IMG/VR virus record: IMGVR_UViG_3300046011_002458
Coordinates: 1-57,879 of that record
Source: a virus
Taxonomy: Duplodnaviria > Caudoviricetes
Length of the DNA stretch: 57,879 bases
Direction: 5' to 3' (one strand)
The notes beneath the pieces are model-generated. The model ran no database searches, had not been told where the DNA came from, and worked only from the letters and a program-made list of their open reading frames with translations. The translations under genes and the position numbers were made by a program. Positions 23,681 to 32,779 of this stretch are shown in pieces (positions within the stretch are counted from its first letter, which is position 1; every line of letters begins with the position of its first letter).

Positions 23681-26572
23681 TTAACCAATTAATCGTCCGC
23701 AGAAGTAGTCGTAACTTCCCCCGTATGTCAATTGAAACGCATTTAGTCGTACAGAGTCGCCAACCCCCAGGCTGACAATCATGTGGCAATGCGCCGCTCC
23801 GAACTGCGCGGTTCTACTATCTTCCGAAATAACTATGTTGGCACCGTTCGCCTGTAGCGCAATGGATGCTATGCCTGTCTGCCTTGATAGCACGGCACCG
23901 TGAAACTCGTAAACACCAGCGACAGGTGCGGTAAAGAGACCGGTTGATGTGCTGTAGTGGTTTCCAATGTTTAGAAGTACATCGGCAAAAATATATACGC
24001 CGGTTGGACCGCCGTTAGCGCTGTAATTGCTTCTGGCCATAAACGCAGGCTGATATGGCGTTATCACGCGGCCGCTGGAGTCGATACGCATGCGTTCTGC
24101 CGATGCAGTTGCGTCATAAATAGCAAATTCACCAGCGCCTGTGGAAAAGTTTGAGCCAATCTGCCAATTCCTGCCGTTTGTTGATGTGCTGTTAAAAGAT
24201 TGACGAACACCTAAAGCAGATGAGCTGCTAATACGGACTTGCGCCCCAACAACGTCCAAAGGGTATGTTGGCGAACTCGTCCCAATACCCACGTTACCGC
24301 TGGCATCCTTGTAGAACTGACCAGAGCCTAAGTTCACGACGCCGGTGCCACCTGTGAGCGTGCCTGCGTAGCTGGGGTTGGCGGCATTCAGCTTGAGCGC
24401 CAGCAGGGCGTCAGACTCAGCCTTGCTGTAGAAGTTGGCCAATGTGAAGGTGCCGTAGGCGACGATGTCCACCACGCTGTCGACATCCACCGCCACAGCG
24501 ATCACCACGCTCACGCCGTCGGTGGCGACGAAGTCCACGCCAGCGCGCAGCTTGGCACCGTTGAGGTACACGTCCACGTAGCCAACGTCGTAGGTCGCAG
24601 CGAAGGTGGTCTGGCCCGCTGTCGCGCTGTAGGTCACACGCGAGGCCGTGCCGTTGACTGACGAGCCCGCATTGACCCAGGCGGAGCCTGTGTAGACCTT
24701 CATCAGGTTGCCGGTGGTGTCGAAGTACAGCGCGCCGGTGATCAGCGCGTTGCCGTCGTTGTCGACCGTAGGAGGCGAGCTCTTGGCACCCAGGTAGCGA
24801 TCGTCGAACGAGTCGTAGCTGGCGGCCGCAGCGGTGGCCGAGGCGGCGGCAGCAGACTGGCTGGATGCCGCAGCGCTCTGGCTTGCGCTGGCTGCGCTGG
24901 CGGAGCCTGCTGCGGCGCTTTGCGACAAGGACGCAGCGGCAGCAGACGCTGCTGCAGAGGCTGTGCTGCCAAAGATCGTGTCGATGTAGTTCTTGGTTGC
25001 AGCGTCTTGGGCATTGGTCGGGTCACCCATGCCGGTGATCTTGTTGGTGCCCATCGCGATCGCGCCAGACATCGTTCCGCCAGTCAGGTTGAGCTTGAGC
25101 GCGAGCGCTGTGTCGACCTGAGTGATGGTGTAGGCGTCGCTGATCGCGTAGCCGGCGATCGTGGTGGGGTTGGTGCCACCGGTCACGCGGCCGTAGGCGT
25201 CCACGGTCACCGAGCGGTAGGTGCTGGCAGTCACGCCAGTCGTGGCCAGGTCGATGTTGTCCGAGTTAACGACGATGCGGGCGCTCGAGGCGGTGTTGAC
25301 GTTGAGCGTGTTGCCGCTCTTCGTCAGGCCCGAGCCGGCGGTGATCTGGCCTGCGCCAGAGAACTGCTCGAAGGTGACATCGGTGGTGCCCAGCGTGCCG
25401 CCTGCAGCGACCGTGCAGACCCATCCAGAGTTGTCGTTGACCGTGCCCTGCTCCACGAAGACAAACGCGCCAGGCAGCTCGGCCCATGCGTCTGCGTCGC
25501 TCGGGCGAGTCCAAGATCCGGCGGCCACCACGTAGATGCCGTTCTGGCTTGCGGTGGTCTGGTCCTTGACCAGCACGCGGTCGCCAGCAATGACTGCCAC
25601 GCCGTCGATGGTCTGGGTGCCGGACAGTGTGATGTTGGCGGTCGTGGCCACGCGGGCGGAGGCCTTGATGTCCAGGCCTTGGGCCACGCCGTCGACGTAG
25701 GCCTTGGTGGCCGCGTCAGCGTCTGCGGTAGGCGTCCCCAGGCCCGTGATCTTGTTCGTACCCATGGCGATGGCACCCGACATGGTGCCGCCTGCCAAGG
25801 CCAGGCGTAGGGCGTCTTGCGTGTCGACGTAGCCCTTGTTGGCAGCCTCGTCGCTGGACGTCGGCGAGGCCAGGCCAGTGATGGTGCCAGTGGTGCCGGC
25901 GTCCATGTTCAGCGTGCCGTTGATGGTCACGTTGGTGAACGTCGAGGTGCCGCTGCTGGCGGTCACGTTGCCGGCCAGGTTGCCAGTGACGTTACCCGTG
26001 ACGTTACCGGTCACGTTGCCAGTGACTGCGCCGGTCAAGTTGCCTGTCACGTTGCCTGTGACGTTGCCTGTCAGAGCGCCCGTGAAGCCGGACGTCGCGG
26101 CGATCGTGGTGCCCGTGATGGCCTGGGGCGTGGTGCCGCCGATCACGGCGTTGTTCAGCGTGCCGCCGGCGATGGTGACGCTGGCGAACGAGCTCGAGCC
26201 GGAGGACGTCACGTCGCCCGTCAAGTTGCCGGTGACGTTGCCAGTCAGGTTGCCAGTCACGTTGCCGGTGATGTTCGCGGTGATGCCGCCGCTGGCGCTC
26301 AGCGTGGTGAATGCGCCAGTGCTGGGGCTCGACGCGCCGATCGGGGTGCTGTTGATCGAGGAGGCTGTGATGGCCAAGGCCTGCAGCGCGCTCGAGGCGA
26401 CCATCGACAGGCCGTCGGCGCTGATCATCGCCACCTTGTAGCCGTTGCCGGCCAGGGTGGGCAGCTTGTTGAAGCCGGCGGTAACTAGGTCCAGCTCATT
26501 GCGCAACGCGGCCGACGAGCCAGGCGCGTTGGGGGCTGGATAAATGGAGTGGTTGTAAAACGAGTTGCTCAT
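23681..26572 (-). CDS. long tail fibre with C1q-like tip
   Basis: GNVT repeats, DAATKxYVD repeats, LSGTQTIDGV..GDRVLVKDQ module, FTAPVAGVYEF...FCGRLIG. Confidence 0.9.
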   Translation of the reverse strand: MSNSFYNHSIYPAPNAPGSSAALRNELDLVTAGFNKLPTLAGNGYKVAMISADGLSMVASSALQALAITASSINSTPIGASSPSTGAFTTLSASGGITANITGNVTGNLTGNVTGNLTGDVTSSGSSSFASVTIAGGTLNNAVIGGTTPQAITGTTIAATSGFTGALTGNVTGNVTGNLTGAVTGNVTGNVTGNVTGNLAGNVTASSGTSTFTNVTINGTLNMDAGTTGTITGLASPTSSDEAANKGYVDTQDALRLALAGGTMSGAIAMGTNKITGLGTPTADADAATKAYVDGVAQGLDIKASARVATTANITLSGTQTIDGVAVIAGDRVLVKDQTTASQNGIYVVAAGSWTRPSDADAWAELPGAFVFVEQGTVNDNSGWVCTVAAGGTLGTTDVTFEQFSGAGQITAGSGLTKSGNTLNVNTASSARIVVNSDNIDLATTGVTASTYRSVTVDAYGRVTGGTNPTTIAGYAISDAYTITQVDTALALKLNLTGGTMSGAIAMGTNKITGMGDPTNAQDAATKNYIDTIFGSTASAAASAAAASLSQSAAAGSASAASASQSAAASSQSAAAASATAAAASYDSFDDRYLGAKSSPPTVDNDGNALITGALYFDTTGNLMKVYTGSAWVNAGSSVNGTASRVTYSATAGQTTFAATYDVGYVDVYLNGAKLRAGVDFVATDGVSVVIAVAVDVDSVVDIVAYGTFTLANFYSKAESDALLALKLNAANPSYAGTLTGGTGVVNLGSGQFYKDASGNVGIGTSSPTYPLDVVGAQVRISSSSALGVRQSFNSTSTNGRNWQIGSNFSTGAGEFAIYDATASAERMRIDSSGRVITPYQPAFMARSNYSANGGPTGVYIFADVLLNIGNHYSTSTGLFTAPVAGVYEFHGAVLSRQTGIASIALQANGANIVISEDSRTAQFGAAHCHMIVSLGVGDSVRLNAFQLTYGGSYDYFCGRLIG
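25965..26290 (-). repeat. degenerate 12-bp tandem repeats encoding G-(N/A/D)-(V/L)-T
   Basis: Two runs of e.g. GGCAACGTCACC-like units within the fibre gene. Confidence 0.8.
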
Positions 26573-28617
26573 CGGATTCCTCGGCGCATGGTGTAGTGAA
26601 CGATGATGCTGTTCACCGTGAAAGGCTGCAGCAGGTTGGACACCGACGAGATGCGGATGGCCATGTTTTCCGCTGTGCCGGTGACCTCAATTTCGGAGGG
26701 CGAGATGTCTCGGCCGTCGAACACGAAGTTGTCCCAAATGAACGAGTCCCAGTACGAGGGACGCAGGTCGTTGGTGTAGGACTCATCGCTTGGCTGGTTG
26801 ATCTCGGCCGAGCTGTAGCCCAGGTCGTAGCCGAAGCCGAACTCAGCGTAGTAGTTGCCGGTCATCTCAACGCTCGCGCGGCGATAGCGTTTCAAGATGC
26901 GCGGCGAGCCTGCGCTGTTGTAGGCCAGCGTGACGTTGGCGGGGATCGCCGCACCGTCGAAGCTGGTGCCCGCATCAAGGCGGTACACGAAGCCATTGTC
27001 AGATCCGAAGTAGGACACCTCGACGCCGTTTTGCAGGCCGCCCTCGACGCAGCACAGCACCGCGTTGGGGAACTGCACGGGCATCGCGCCCATGTACTTG
27101 CCGTTGGACAGCGTGAGGTACAGGCCTGTGCCGTCGCTGAAGAACACGCGGTACTGGCCCTTCTCACGGTTCACGACGCTGGCCGAGGCCAGGCTTCGGC
27201 GAGTCTGCAGGAACGGGCGAATGTTCATGGTCAGCGACGCTGCGGCGAAGTTGCCGAAGTTCAAGCTGGTGCCCATGCCGACGACGCCGCGCTGGCTGAA
27301 GATGTAGGTCTGCTCCATGTTCTGGCCAGTGTTCGCAAACGCGCCCGTGCCAGAGTTGAAGGTCGACAGTTGGAAGTTCTCCGAGCTGCTGCCGTACAGC
27401 ACCGAGGTGTCGGTCTCTGTGTAGACGCCGAGCGCGCCGCTCGACTGGTCGCCAGGCAGTGGCAGCACCTGCGAGATGGGCGCATTCATGGCGATCTCGC
27501 CCGCTCCCAGAACCGGGTCCCACACGTAGGGGTTGCCGATTGCGGAGAACTGCAGCGAGTGGCCAAAGGCCAAGAACAGGTGCTGCTTGTGGACAACGAT
27601 GCGCGTGGGCGCGTCAGGTGTCATTGACGTGAAGATGGGGATCAGAACCTCGCCGTCCCACTCGAATGCGTTGTTCACGCCGTCGCAGAAGTACAGCTTC
27701 CTGTTGGTCTGGCCGCCGCCAAAGTTGGCGATGACTGACTCCACGCGACCGCCAGGCAGCGGGGCGATTGTCGAGTAGGTGCCAACGGATCGCGCGTGCT
27801 TTGTGCCGCCGACATAGACCAGCTCGTTTGCGATGGGTGTGCCGGTCATGTTGGTGAACACGATGTAGCCAGCGGCGTCGCCACCAGCCCATGTGCCCGA
27901 CTTCAAGATGACCGCCTTGACCAAGGCCGTTGCACCGCTCGAGTGGCCAACAATCGTCTCGCCGGCAAAGATCTCGCTCGAGCCAATGTCAAAGTCGAAC
28001 GTGCCGTAGTAGGGGACGGCGGACCAACCCGTGGACGTGCTCTTGTGCATATCCAGCCGGGTGCCGCCGGCGTTGTTCCGCCAGGCGTAGACGTCGCCGT
28101 CGAAGTACGCGACGCCGCGAACTGGGCCGGACCCGGGCACAGCTTGAATGCTTGTGCGGTAGTCGTCAGCAGCCAGGGCCTTGTAGGTCGCATCAGTCAG
28201 GCCGTCGCCCACGGTGCCGATCACCTCGTCGATGATGCCCACCGTGGTACTCGACACGGCGAGCGATTCGCCGTCGACGAAGTAGCCGCTCAGGCGTGTG
28301 GTCACCACGGTGCTGCCGTCGACCAGGATCACTTTGCCGGTGGTGCCGGAGGTTGCACCTGTGACGGTGTTGCCCACGGCGATTGGATTGATCACAGACA
28401 CCGTCAGGACGGTGTACAGCGCGTCAGAAGGGTTAGCCCTGCCGTCGAACCGTTCGTAGCCTGCAATGCGGGTGTAGCCGCCTGTGATCGAGGCCTCGAA
28501 GTTGGCGGAGCGGCGCAGCACGCCGGGCTTGAGCGACAGCGTGGGTGTGACTTGATCCAACCCACCCGCCAAGCGGATGAGGTCGTATCGGACTTGTGGG
28601 ACACCTTCGAGATTCAT
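26569..28617 (-). CDS. tail nozzle/tubular protein B-like (P22 gp10/T7 gp12 position)
   Basis: 682 aa, beta-rich, follows adaptor; N-terminal L.GGL. Confidence 0.75.
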   Translation of the reverse strand: MNLEGVPQVRYDLIRLAGGLDQVTPTLSLKPGVLRRSANFEASITGGYTRIAGYERFDGRANPSDALYTVLTVSVINPIAVGNTVTGATSGTTGKVILVDGSTVVTTRLSGYFVDGESLAVSSTTVGIIDEVIGTVGDGLTDATYKALAADDYRTSIQAVPGSGPVRGVAYFDGDVYAWRNNAGGTRLDMHKSTSTGWSAVPYYGTFDFDIGSSEIFAGETIVGHSSGATALVKAVILKSGTWAGGDAAGYIVFTNMTGTPIANELVYVGGTKHARSVGTYSTIAPLPGGRVESVIANFGGGQTNRKLYFCDGVNNAFEWDGEVLIPIFTSMTPDAPTRIVVHKQHLFLAFGHSLQFSAIGNPYVWDPVLGAGEIAMNAPISQVLPLPGDQSSGALGVYTETDTSVLYGSSSENFQLSTFNSGTGAFANTGQNMEQTYIFSQRGVVGMGTSLNFGNFAAASLTMNIRPFLQTRRSLASASVVNREKGQYRVFFSDGTGLYLTLSNGKYMGAMPVQFPNAVLCCVEGGLQNGVEVSYFGSDNGFVYRLDAGTSFDGAAIPANVTLAYNSAGSPRILKRYRRASVEMTGNYYAEFGFGYDLGYSSAEINQPSDESYTNDLRPSYWDSFIWDNFVFDGRDISPSEIEVTGTAENMAIRISSVSNLLQPFTVNSIIVHYTMRRGIR

Positions 28618-28626
28618 CGGTGTCCC

Positions 28627-29325
28627 TTATGCGAGCGGGTTGCCCAGGTAGATTTCCGGGAGCTGCTCGCGCTCGAGTTGATTGAGCAGGCGGGTGTATT
28701 CTGTGTTGCCACGCTGCAGCACTTCGGGCGCAGCCTCGAACATGCCGTAGAACTGCATCGCCTTGTAGACGATCAGCATGTGCAGGGCTTCGTTCGGGAT
28801 GGCCGGCACGGCCGCGTCGCCCACCAGGCTGGCGGGGGTCGTTTGGTACTCGCCGCTGATCTGGTAGATGTCGTCAGGGATCTGGCCGAGCATCACCTCT
28901 TTGCCGTTGGGCTTGATGGCGAACACGACGGGACGGCCGACGACTTGCAGGTTGAAGCGGTAGGTGTTGCGGAACACCTGGTACTCCCACTCGACGAGCC
29001 ACTGCTCGTCCTGCACGCCAATGCTGACCTTCTGGCAGCGGAAGGTGTCCTTCCACCAGTAGCGCAGGTCAGTGATCGGCAAACCAGTGAGCGTGTCGGT
29101 CACGCTCAGAGGGTTGTAGTCGCCGGTGTTGGCCACCGTGTTGAATGCAAACGGCTCGCGCATCCATGCCCAGTTGTCATGCACGCCTTGGATCTCGAGC
29201 CATGCGCTCTGAATCCAGTTAACGAGCTTGGCGTTCATGCCTGTTTGGTTGGTTGTGGCTGACGGGCCATTGCCCGAGACCCCACACTCAACACTGAGAC
29301 GCTGCGCGAGCTGCAAGAAGTTCAT
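28627..29325 (-). CDS. head-tail adaptor/tail tubular protein A-like
   Basis: MNFLQLAQRL..E; W.W; size and synteny. Confidence 0.75.
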   Translation of the reverse strand: MNFLQLAQRLSVECGVSGNGPSATTNQTGMNAKLVNWIQSAWLEIQGVHDNWAWMREPFAFNTVANTGDYNPLSVTDTLTGLPITDLRYWWKDTFRCQKVSIGVQDEQWLVEWEYQVFRNTYRFNLQVVGRPVVFAIKPNGKEVMLGQIPDDIYQISGEYQTTPASLVGDAAVPAIPNEALHMLIVYKAMQFYGMFEAAPEVLQRGNTEYTRLLNQLEREQLPEIYLGNPLA

Positions 29326-29328
29326 GTC

Positions 29329-29823
29329 TTAGGCCGGTTGTTGCAGGAGCTTTTTGAGCCATGGCACGCCCTGCTTGGGGTTCGGGTCGTGCATGACCTG
29401 GAACGGGTATGTCAGCGACAACACGTTCTCTTCTTGGAAACCCATGGACCCGTCGGGCGCAACGATCTTGCGCTGGCGCACGCGCGACTGCTTGGCGTTG
29501 GCCAATACAGCAACGTGATAGCGGCGCAGCGTCGCGGTGTTGCCGCGCACCACCATGCGGTAGTCGCCGTTGACGTTCACTTCCACGAAGGCGGGGTCGT
29601 GCTCGTTGTTCGGCTCATTGAAGAACACCTCGAGCTCGTCGCGCATGAAAGCCTCTTGGTCAATGGCGTCGGTACTGATCACGCGATCAGTGTCGATCTC
29701 GATGCCTTTGCCGCTCTGGGCTGCAGCGACAGTCTCGACGCCGCCACCGATCATGTCGGTTTCGTTTGAGTCGAGGCCCTTCTTGCGTTCGTAGGTGTTC
29801 ACGCGGCTGGGTGGGTTGGTCAT
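29329..29823 (-). CDS. virion-module hypothetical protein
   Basis: GGAGA SD; V.VNG....V.RG motif; synteny. Confidence 0.7.
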   Translation of the reverse strand: MTNPPSRVNTYERKKGLDSNETDMIGGGVETVAAAQSGKGIEIDTDRVISTDAIDQEAFMRDELEVFFNEPNNEHDPAFVEVNVNGDYRMVVRGNTATLRRYHVAVLANAKQSRVRQRKIVAPDGSMGFQEENVLSLTYPFQVMHDPNPKQGVPWLKKLLQQPA

Positions 29824-29888
29824 GGGTTAGGTCTCCAAGGGTGAAAAATTGGGGCGGGGGCCGCCCGAAGGCAGCCCCCAGTGCCGAC

Positions 29889-30404
29889 TTAGGCAGTCAG
29901 CGGGTTGGCAGGCACAGTGGCCAGGTTGTAGAACGTGTCGGTCACGCCGGAGGCGGACAGATCGGTCGAGCCAGGCGTGAAGGTGGTGCCGGCAGTCACA
30001 GCGATGCGCAGGGCACCGATGGGGCAGACGCCGCGAGGAGCGTCAGGGAACTGCAGAGCCACGCGGCCAGCGGCCAGCTCGACGCTGTCCACGATTGCGC
30101 CAGGCAAGATGCTGACAGCGCCAGCAGTGTCCAGGCTAATCAGGTACAGGCGAGTGGAGCCGTTGACGCCACCGGTGAAGCCACCATTCATGCCGCCCAC
30201 GCCGCCGGCTGCAGCTTGGTACACGGTGGGACCGCTGTAGCTGATGGCGATGTTGTCGGTGATGGCCTTGGCGAAGAACTGACCGTCGACGACGTAGTTG
30301 ATGGCCGCAGCGATCTGGATGGTGTTGGCGTTGGTGCCTTCTGCAAGGCCGCCGCTGTTCAGCGCAAACGTAGCGCCAGAGTCTTGGGAGAGGTTGTCAG
30401 ACAT
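29889..30404 (-). CDS. probable capsid decoration protein
   Basis: AAGGA SD; small G/A/T-rich protein directly after MCP. Confidence 0.65.
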   Translation of the reverse strand: MSDNLSQDSGATFALNSGGLAEGTNANTIQIAAAINYVVDGQFFAKAITDNIAISYSGPTVYQAAAGGVGGMNGGFTGGVNGSTRLYLISLDTAGAVSILPGAIVDSVELAAGRVALQFPDAPRGVCPIGALRIAVTAGTTFTPGSTDLSASGVTDTFYNLATVPANPLTA

Positions 30405-30432
30405 GACTATTTCCTTAAAAAGTTTTGTGGAG

Positions 30433-30454
30433 AAAACGGGGGCCGAAGCCCCCG
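30433..30454 (-). terminator. terminator after major capsid gene
   Basis: GGGGC-TTCG-GCCCC followed by CGTTTT. Confidence 0.7.
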
Positions 30455-30458
30455 GTCA

Positions 30459-31490
30459 TCACAGTGCCGAGGCGGCAACCTCGATGCGGACCATCCAGTT
30501 TTCGTTCAGGCGCACAGCGTTCTTGTAGAAGTTGGCACCGACGTAACCGAATTGACCCATGGGGTTGGCGTGTGTGATCTGCTTTGCGGGCAAGTAGATC
30601 GGCTGGATGGCGTTCATGCCCTTCAGCGACACTTGGCCCCAAGCCTCTTGCGCAACCACCATCACGGGGTACACGTCGGCAGTGGTGCCGGTGGTGCCGC
30701 CGTTGGACAGGAAGGTGCCAGCGGTGATCGTGCCGCCTGCGGACAGGAACGGACGGAAGTAGGGGCTGGTGACGATGCGGAAACGCTCGACCGAGCCAAC
30801 TTCGCGCTCATGCACAGGCTTCTGCGAACCGTACTTGGCAACGGGGACGAAGGTGTCCAAGTTACGGAAGTCAGATTCCAAGTCGGTGTGGATGAACACC
30901 AGGTAGGCGGGTTCCACGGCGGCTGTGCCGAAGTTGACCGAAGAGGCCAGCTTCTCAGTCACCAGTTGAGCGAAGGCCGACTCGAGCTGACGGGCAGCTT
31001 GACGCAGCTTGTTCTTGCTCACAGCGGTGTTCACAGCAGTGCGGGCGGTGCCGTTTGCGTAGACCACGTTGGTGCCGCCACGGACCACACCGTAAGAGAT
31101 CAACTCTTCGATGGAGGCCATGTGCTCGCCAACCAGCTTGACCATGTCGCCGGGGATGTCATCCTCGTACATGGCTTCGGCTTTGCTCGACAGCTTCATC
31201 AGCACGCCGTACTGCTGCAGTGTGACCTGCACGTCTTGGTATGTGATGGTGCGCGAGCCAGGCGTGACGCCTTCTTGCAGCAAGTAGTTGCTGGTGGTGA
31301 TGTTGGGTGCGCCGTTGGAGCCAGCGTCGATCGGCAGAGCGCGACGGAACACCACGGTGTCAGTCTTGTTCTGAGGGATCGGCTTCTGTGTACCGAAGGT
31401 GGACAACACTTTGATGGGCATGGCGTGCTTGAGCATTTCGCGCTCGGCCATGATGAGGTTCCGGCTAGGAACAAGGGAATAGGTTTGCAT
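30459..31490 (-). CDS. major capsid protein, N4-gp56 family
   Basis: FG..K.IP.N....V.FRR; L.EGVTP; QYG; E.G....RIV; NP.GQ.G. Confidence 0.9.
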   Translation of the reverse strand: MQTYSLVPSRNLIMAEREMLKHAMPIKVLSTFGTQKPIPQNKTDTVVFRRALPIDAGSNGAPNITTSNYLLQEGVTPGSRTITYQDVQVTLQQYGVLMKLSSKAEAMYEDDIPGDMVKLVGEHMASIEELISYGVVRGGTNVVYANGTARTAVNTAVSKNKLRQAARQLESAFAQLVTEKLASSVNFGTAAVEPAYLVFIHTDLESDFRNLDTFVPVAKYGSQKPVHEREVGSVERFRIVTSPYFRPFLSAGGTITAGTFLSNGGTTGTTADVYPVMVVAQEAWGQVSLKGMNAIQPIYLPAKQITHANPMGQFGYVGANFYKNAVRLNENWMVRIEVAASAL

Positions 31491-31492
31491 GA

Positions 31493-32410
31493 TCAGTTAC
31501 CTTTTTTGCGATCAAGTTCATCTAGGTAGCGCCAGTACTCCTCCGGCGTCATGTCCTCGACGGCTTTTGCCCTGGCTGTGGAGCCCGAGCGGCCGGTGGG
31601 GATTGCCGCCGCAGCAGACAGTCGCTGCGTTCTTTGTGACGTTGCCGTGCTTGCTGCCTGGGTGTGCAGGTCCAGCAGGCGCACTGCGTCTTGCGGGCTT
31701 TCGCTCGCCGCAAGCATTTGCACCTCGCGTGGTTGGCGCTGCAGCCATCCAACAAATTCGGGCGTCTGTACACGATCCTGCCAACCCGGGTGCCGAATCT
31801 CGACTGCCACCTCAGCCCTCAGACGGTTGATTTCATCGGGGCTCACGCCAAGCTGCTGGGCCTGCTGGGGCTGCGCTGCGAGGCGCTGCTCCATGTTGCT
31901 CAGTCGCTCGTTGAGAGCTGACTCCATCGCGTCCGCGAACTCGGGATAGTCGCGTTTGAGGTTCGTCATTGCCTCGGGGTTTTGCTGCGCCGCGCGGATC
32001 TCTCCGGCTGTTGGCGCTTCGCCACCCTTCGCTGTGACTTGTTGAGCCGCCTGAACCTGTTGCTTCAGTTGACTGTTCAAGCCACCAATGTGACCCTCGG
32101 CATTTCGTAGACGACTCGTGACTTGGCCAAGCATGGTTTCAAGTCCAGTGATCTTGTCCAAGAGTGCTTGCTCCGCCGTCGGAGCTGCTTCTTCACCACC
32201 ACCATTTGCATCGGCCTCTTCGGCGGGTGCGGCGGGAGTGGATTCAGCCGGGCTCGGCGTGCTCTCTGGTGGGAAGTCCGTCGCGTCGTCGGCCGGCTGC
32301 GCGCCTCCGGCCTCTTCTGCTTCGAGCTGGTCCCAGATCTTCTGTGCTTCGTCTTGCGGGTTAACGGTTTCCTGTACGTTCATTTCAGTTGCGTCTCTCT
32401 TGGTGGTCAT
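31493..32410 (-). CDS. capsid scaffolding protein (start may be 32383)
   Basis: Acidic, low-complexity N-terminus, coiled coil, HPGW..F..WL; directly upstream of MCP. Confidence 0.75.
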   Translation of the reverse strand: MTTKRDATEMNVQETVNPQDEAQKIWDQLEAEEAGGAQPADDATDFPPESTPSPAESTPAAPAEEADANGGGEEAAPTAEQALLDKITGLETMLGQVTSRLRNAEGHIGGLNSQLKQQVQAAQQVTAKGGEAPTAGEIRAAQQNPEAMTNLKRDYPEFADAMESALNERLSNMEQRLAAQPQQAQQLGVSPDEINRLRAEVAVEIRHPGWQDRVQTPEFVGWLQRQPREVQMLAASESPQDAVRLLDLHTQAASTATSQRTQRLSAAAAIPTGRSGSTARAKAVEDMTPEEYWRYLDELDRKKGN

Positions 32411-32646
32411 TGCTGACCGGGGGTGCCAACGCTGAGAAGTTCTTCAGGGTCGACGGCTTGACTCAGGCTGGCCTCATCGGCCAGGCTGAGAATCTTGGTG
32501 AGCTCTCTGATCCCCCCACGGATCAGGGCTGTCTGCTCGACGCCGTATGACGGGCTGTCGTTCAGCTTTCGTAGTTCATCGACGCGTTCGTTGATGTGCT
32601 GCGAAAGCCGCTTCCATGCTTGTGAGCGGAAGTCCTCTTGTCTCAA
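32407..32646 (-). CDS. small conserved protein between portal and scaffold
   Basis: TTG start after GGGGA; S..W.......R...LR..ND...T...RG.I..L. Confidence 0.65.
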   Translation of the reverse strand: MRQEDFRSQAWKRLSQHINERVDELRKLNDSPSYGVEQTALIRGGIRELTKILSLADEASLSQAVDPEELLSVGTPGQQ

Positions 32647-32657
32647 ATGCGTCCCCG

Positions 32658-32690
32658 AAAATAAAAAGGGCACCCGGTGAGGGGTGCCCT
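32658..32690 (-). terminator. intrinsic terminator
   Basis: AGGGCACCC-loop-GGGTGCCCT-TTTT. Confidence 0.8.
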
Positions 32691-32745
32691 AAGTTTCAAC
32701 TTGCCAAAAGGAGTGGACCGCTGCAGACGCAGTGACCCGGGGCAG

Positions 32746-32775
32746 ATATTAACATCATTGTGATAGGCCGTGCAA
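32746..32775 (-). promoter_or_regulatory. promoter with TATCACAATG in spacer, upstream of head genes
   Basis: TTGCAC-18 nt-TAATAT. Confidence 0.55.
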
Positions 32776-32779
32776 GAGA

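Noticed and set aside
22289-24330. Diversity-generating retroelement or invertible tail-fibre switch
   Set aside because: No reverse transcriptase or invertase; repeats are short, direct and lack adenine-specific differences
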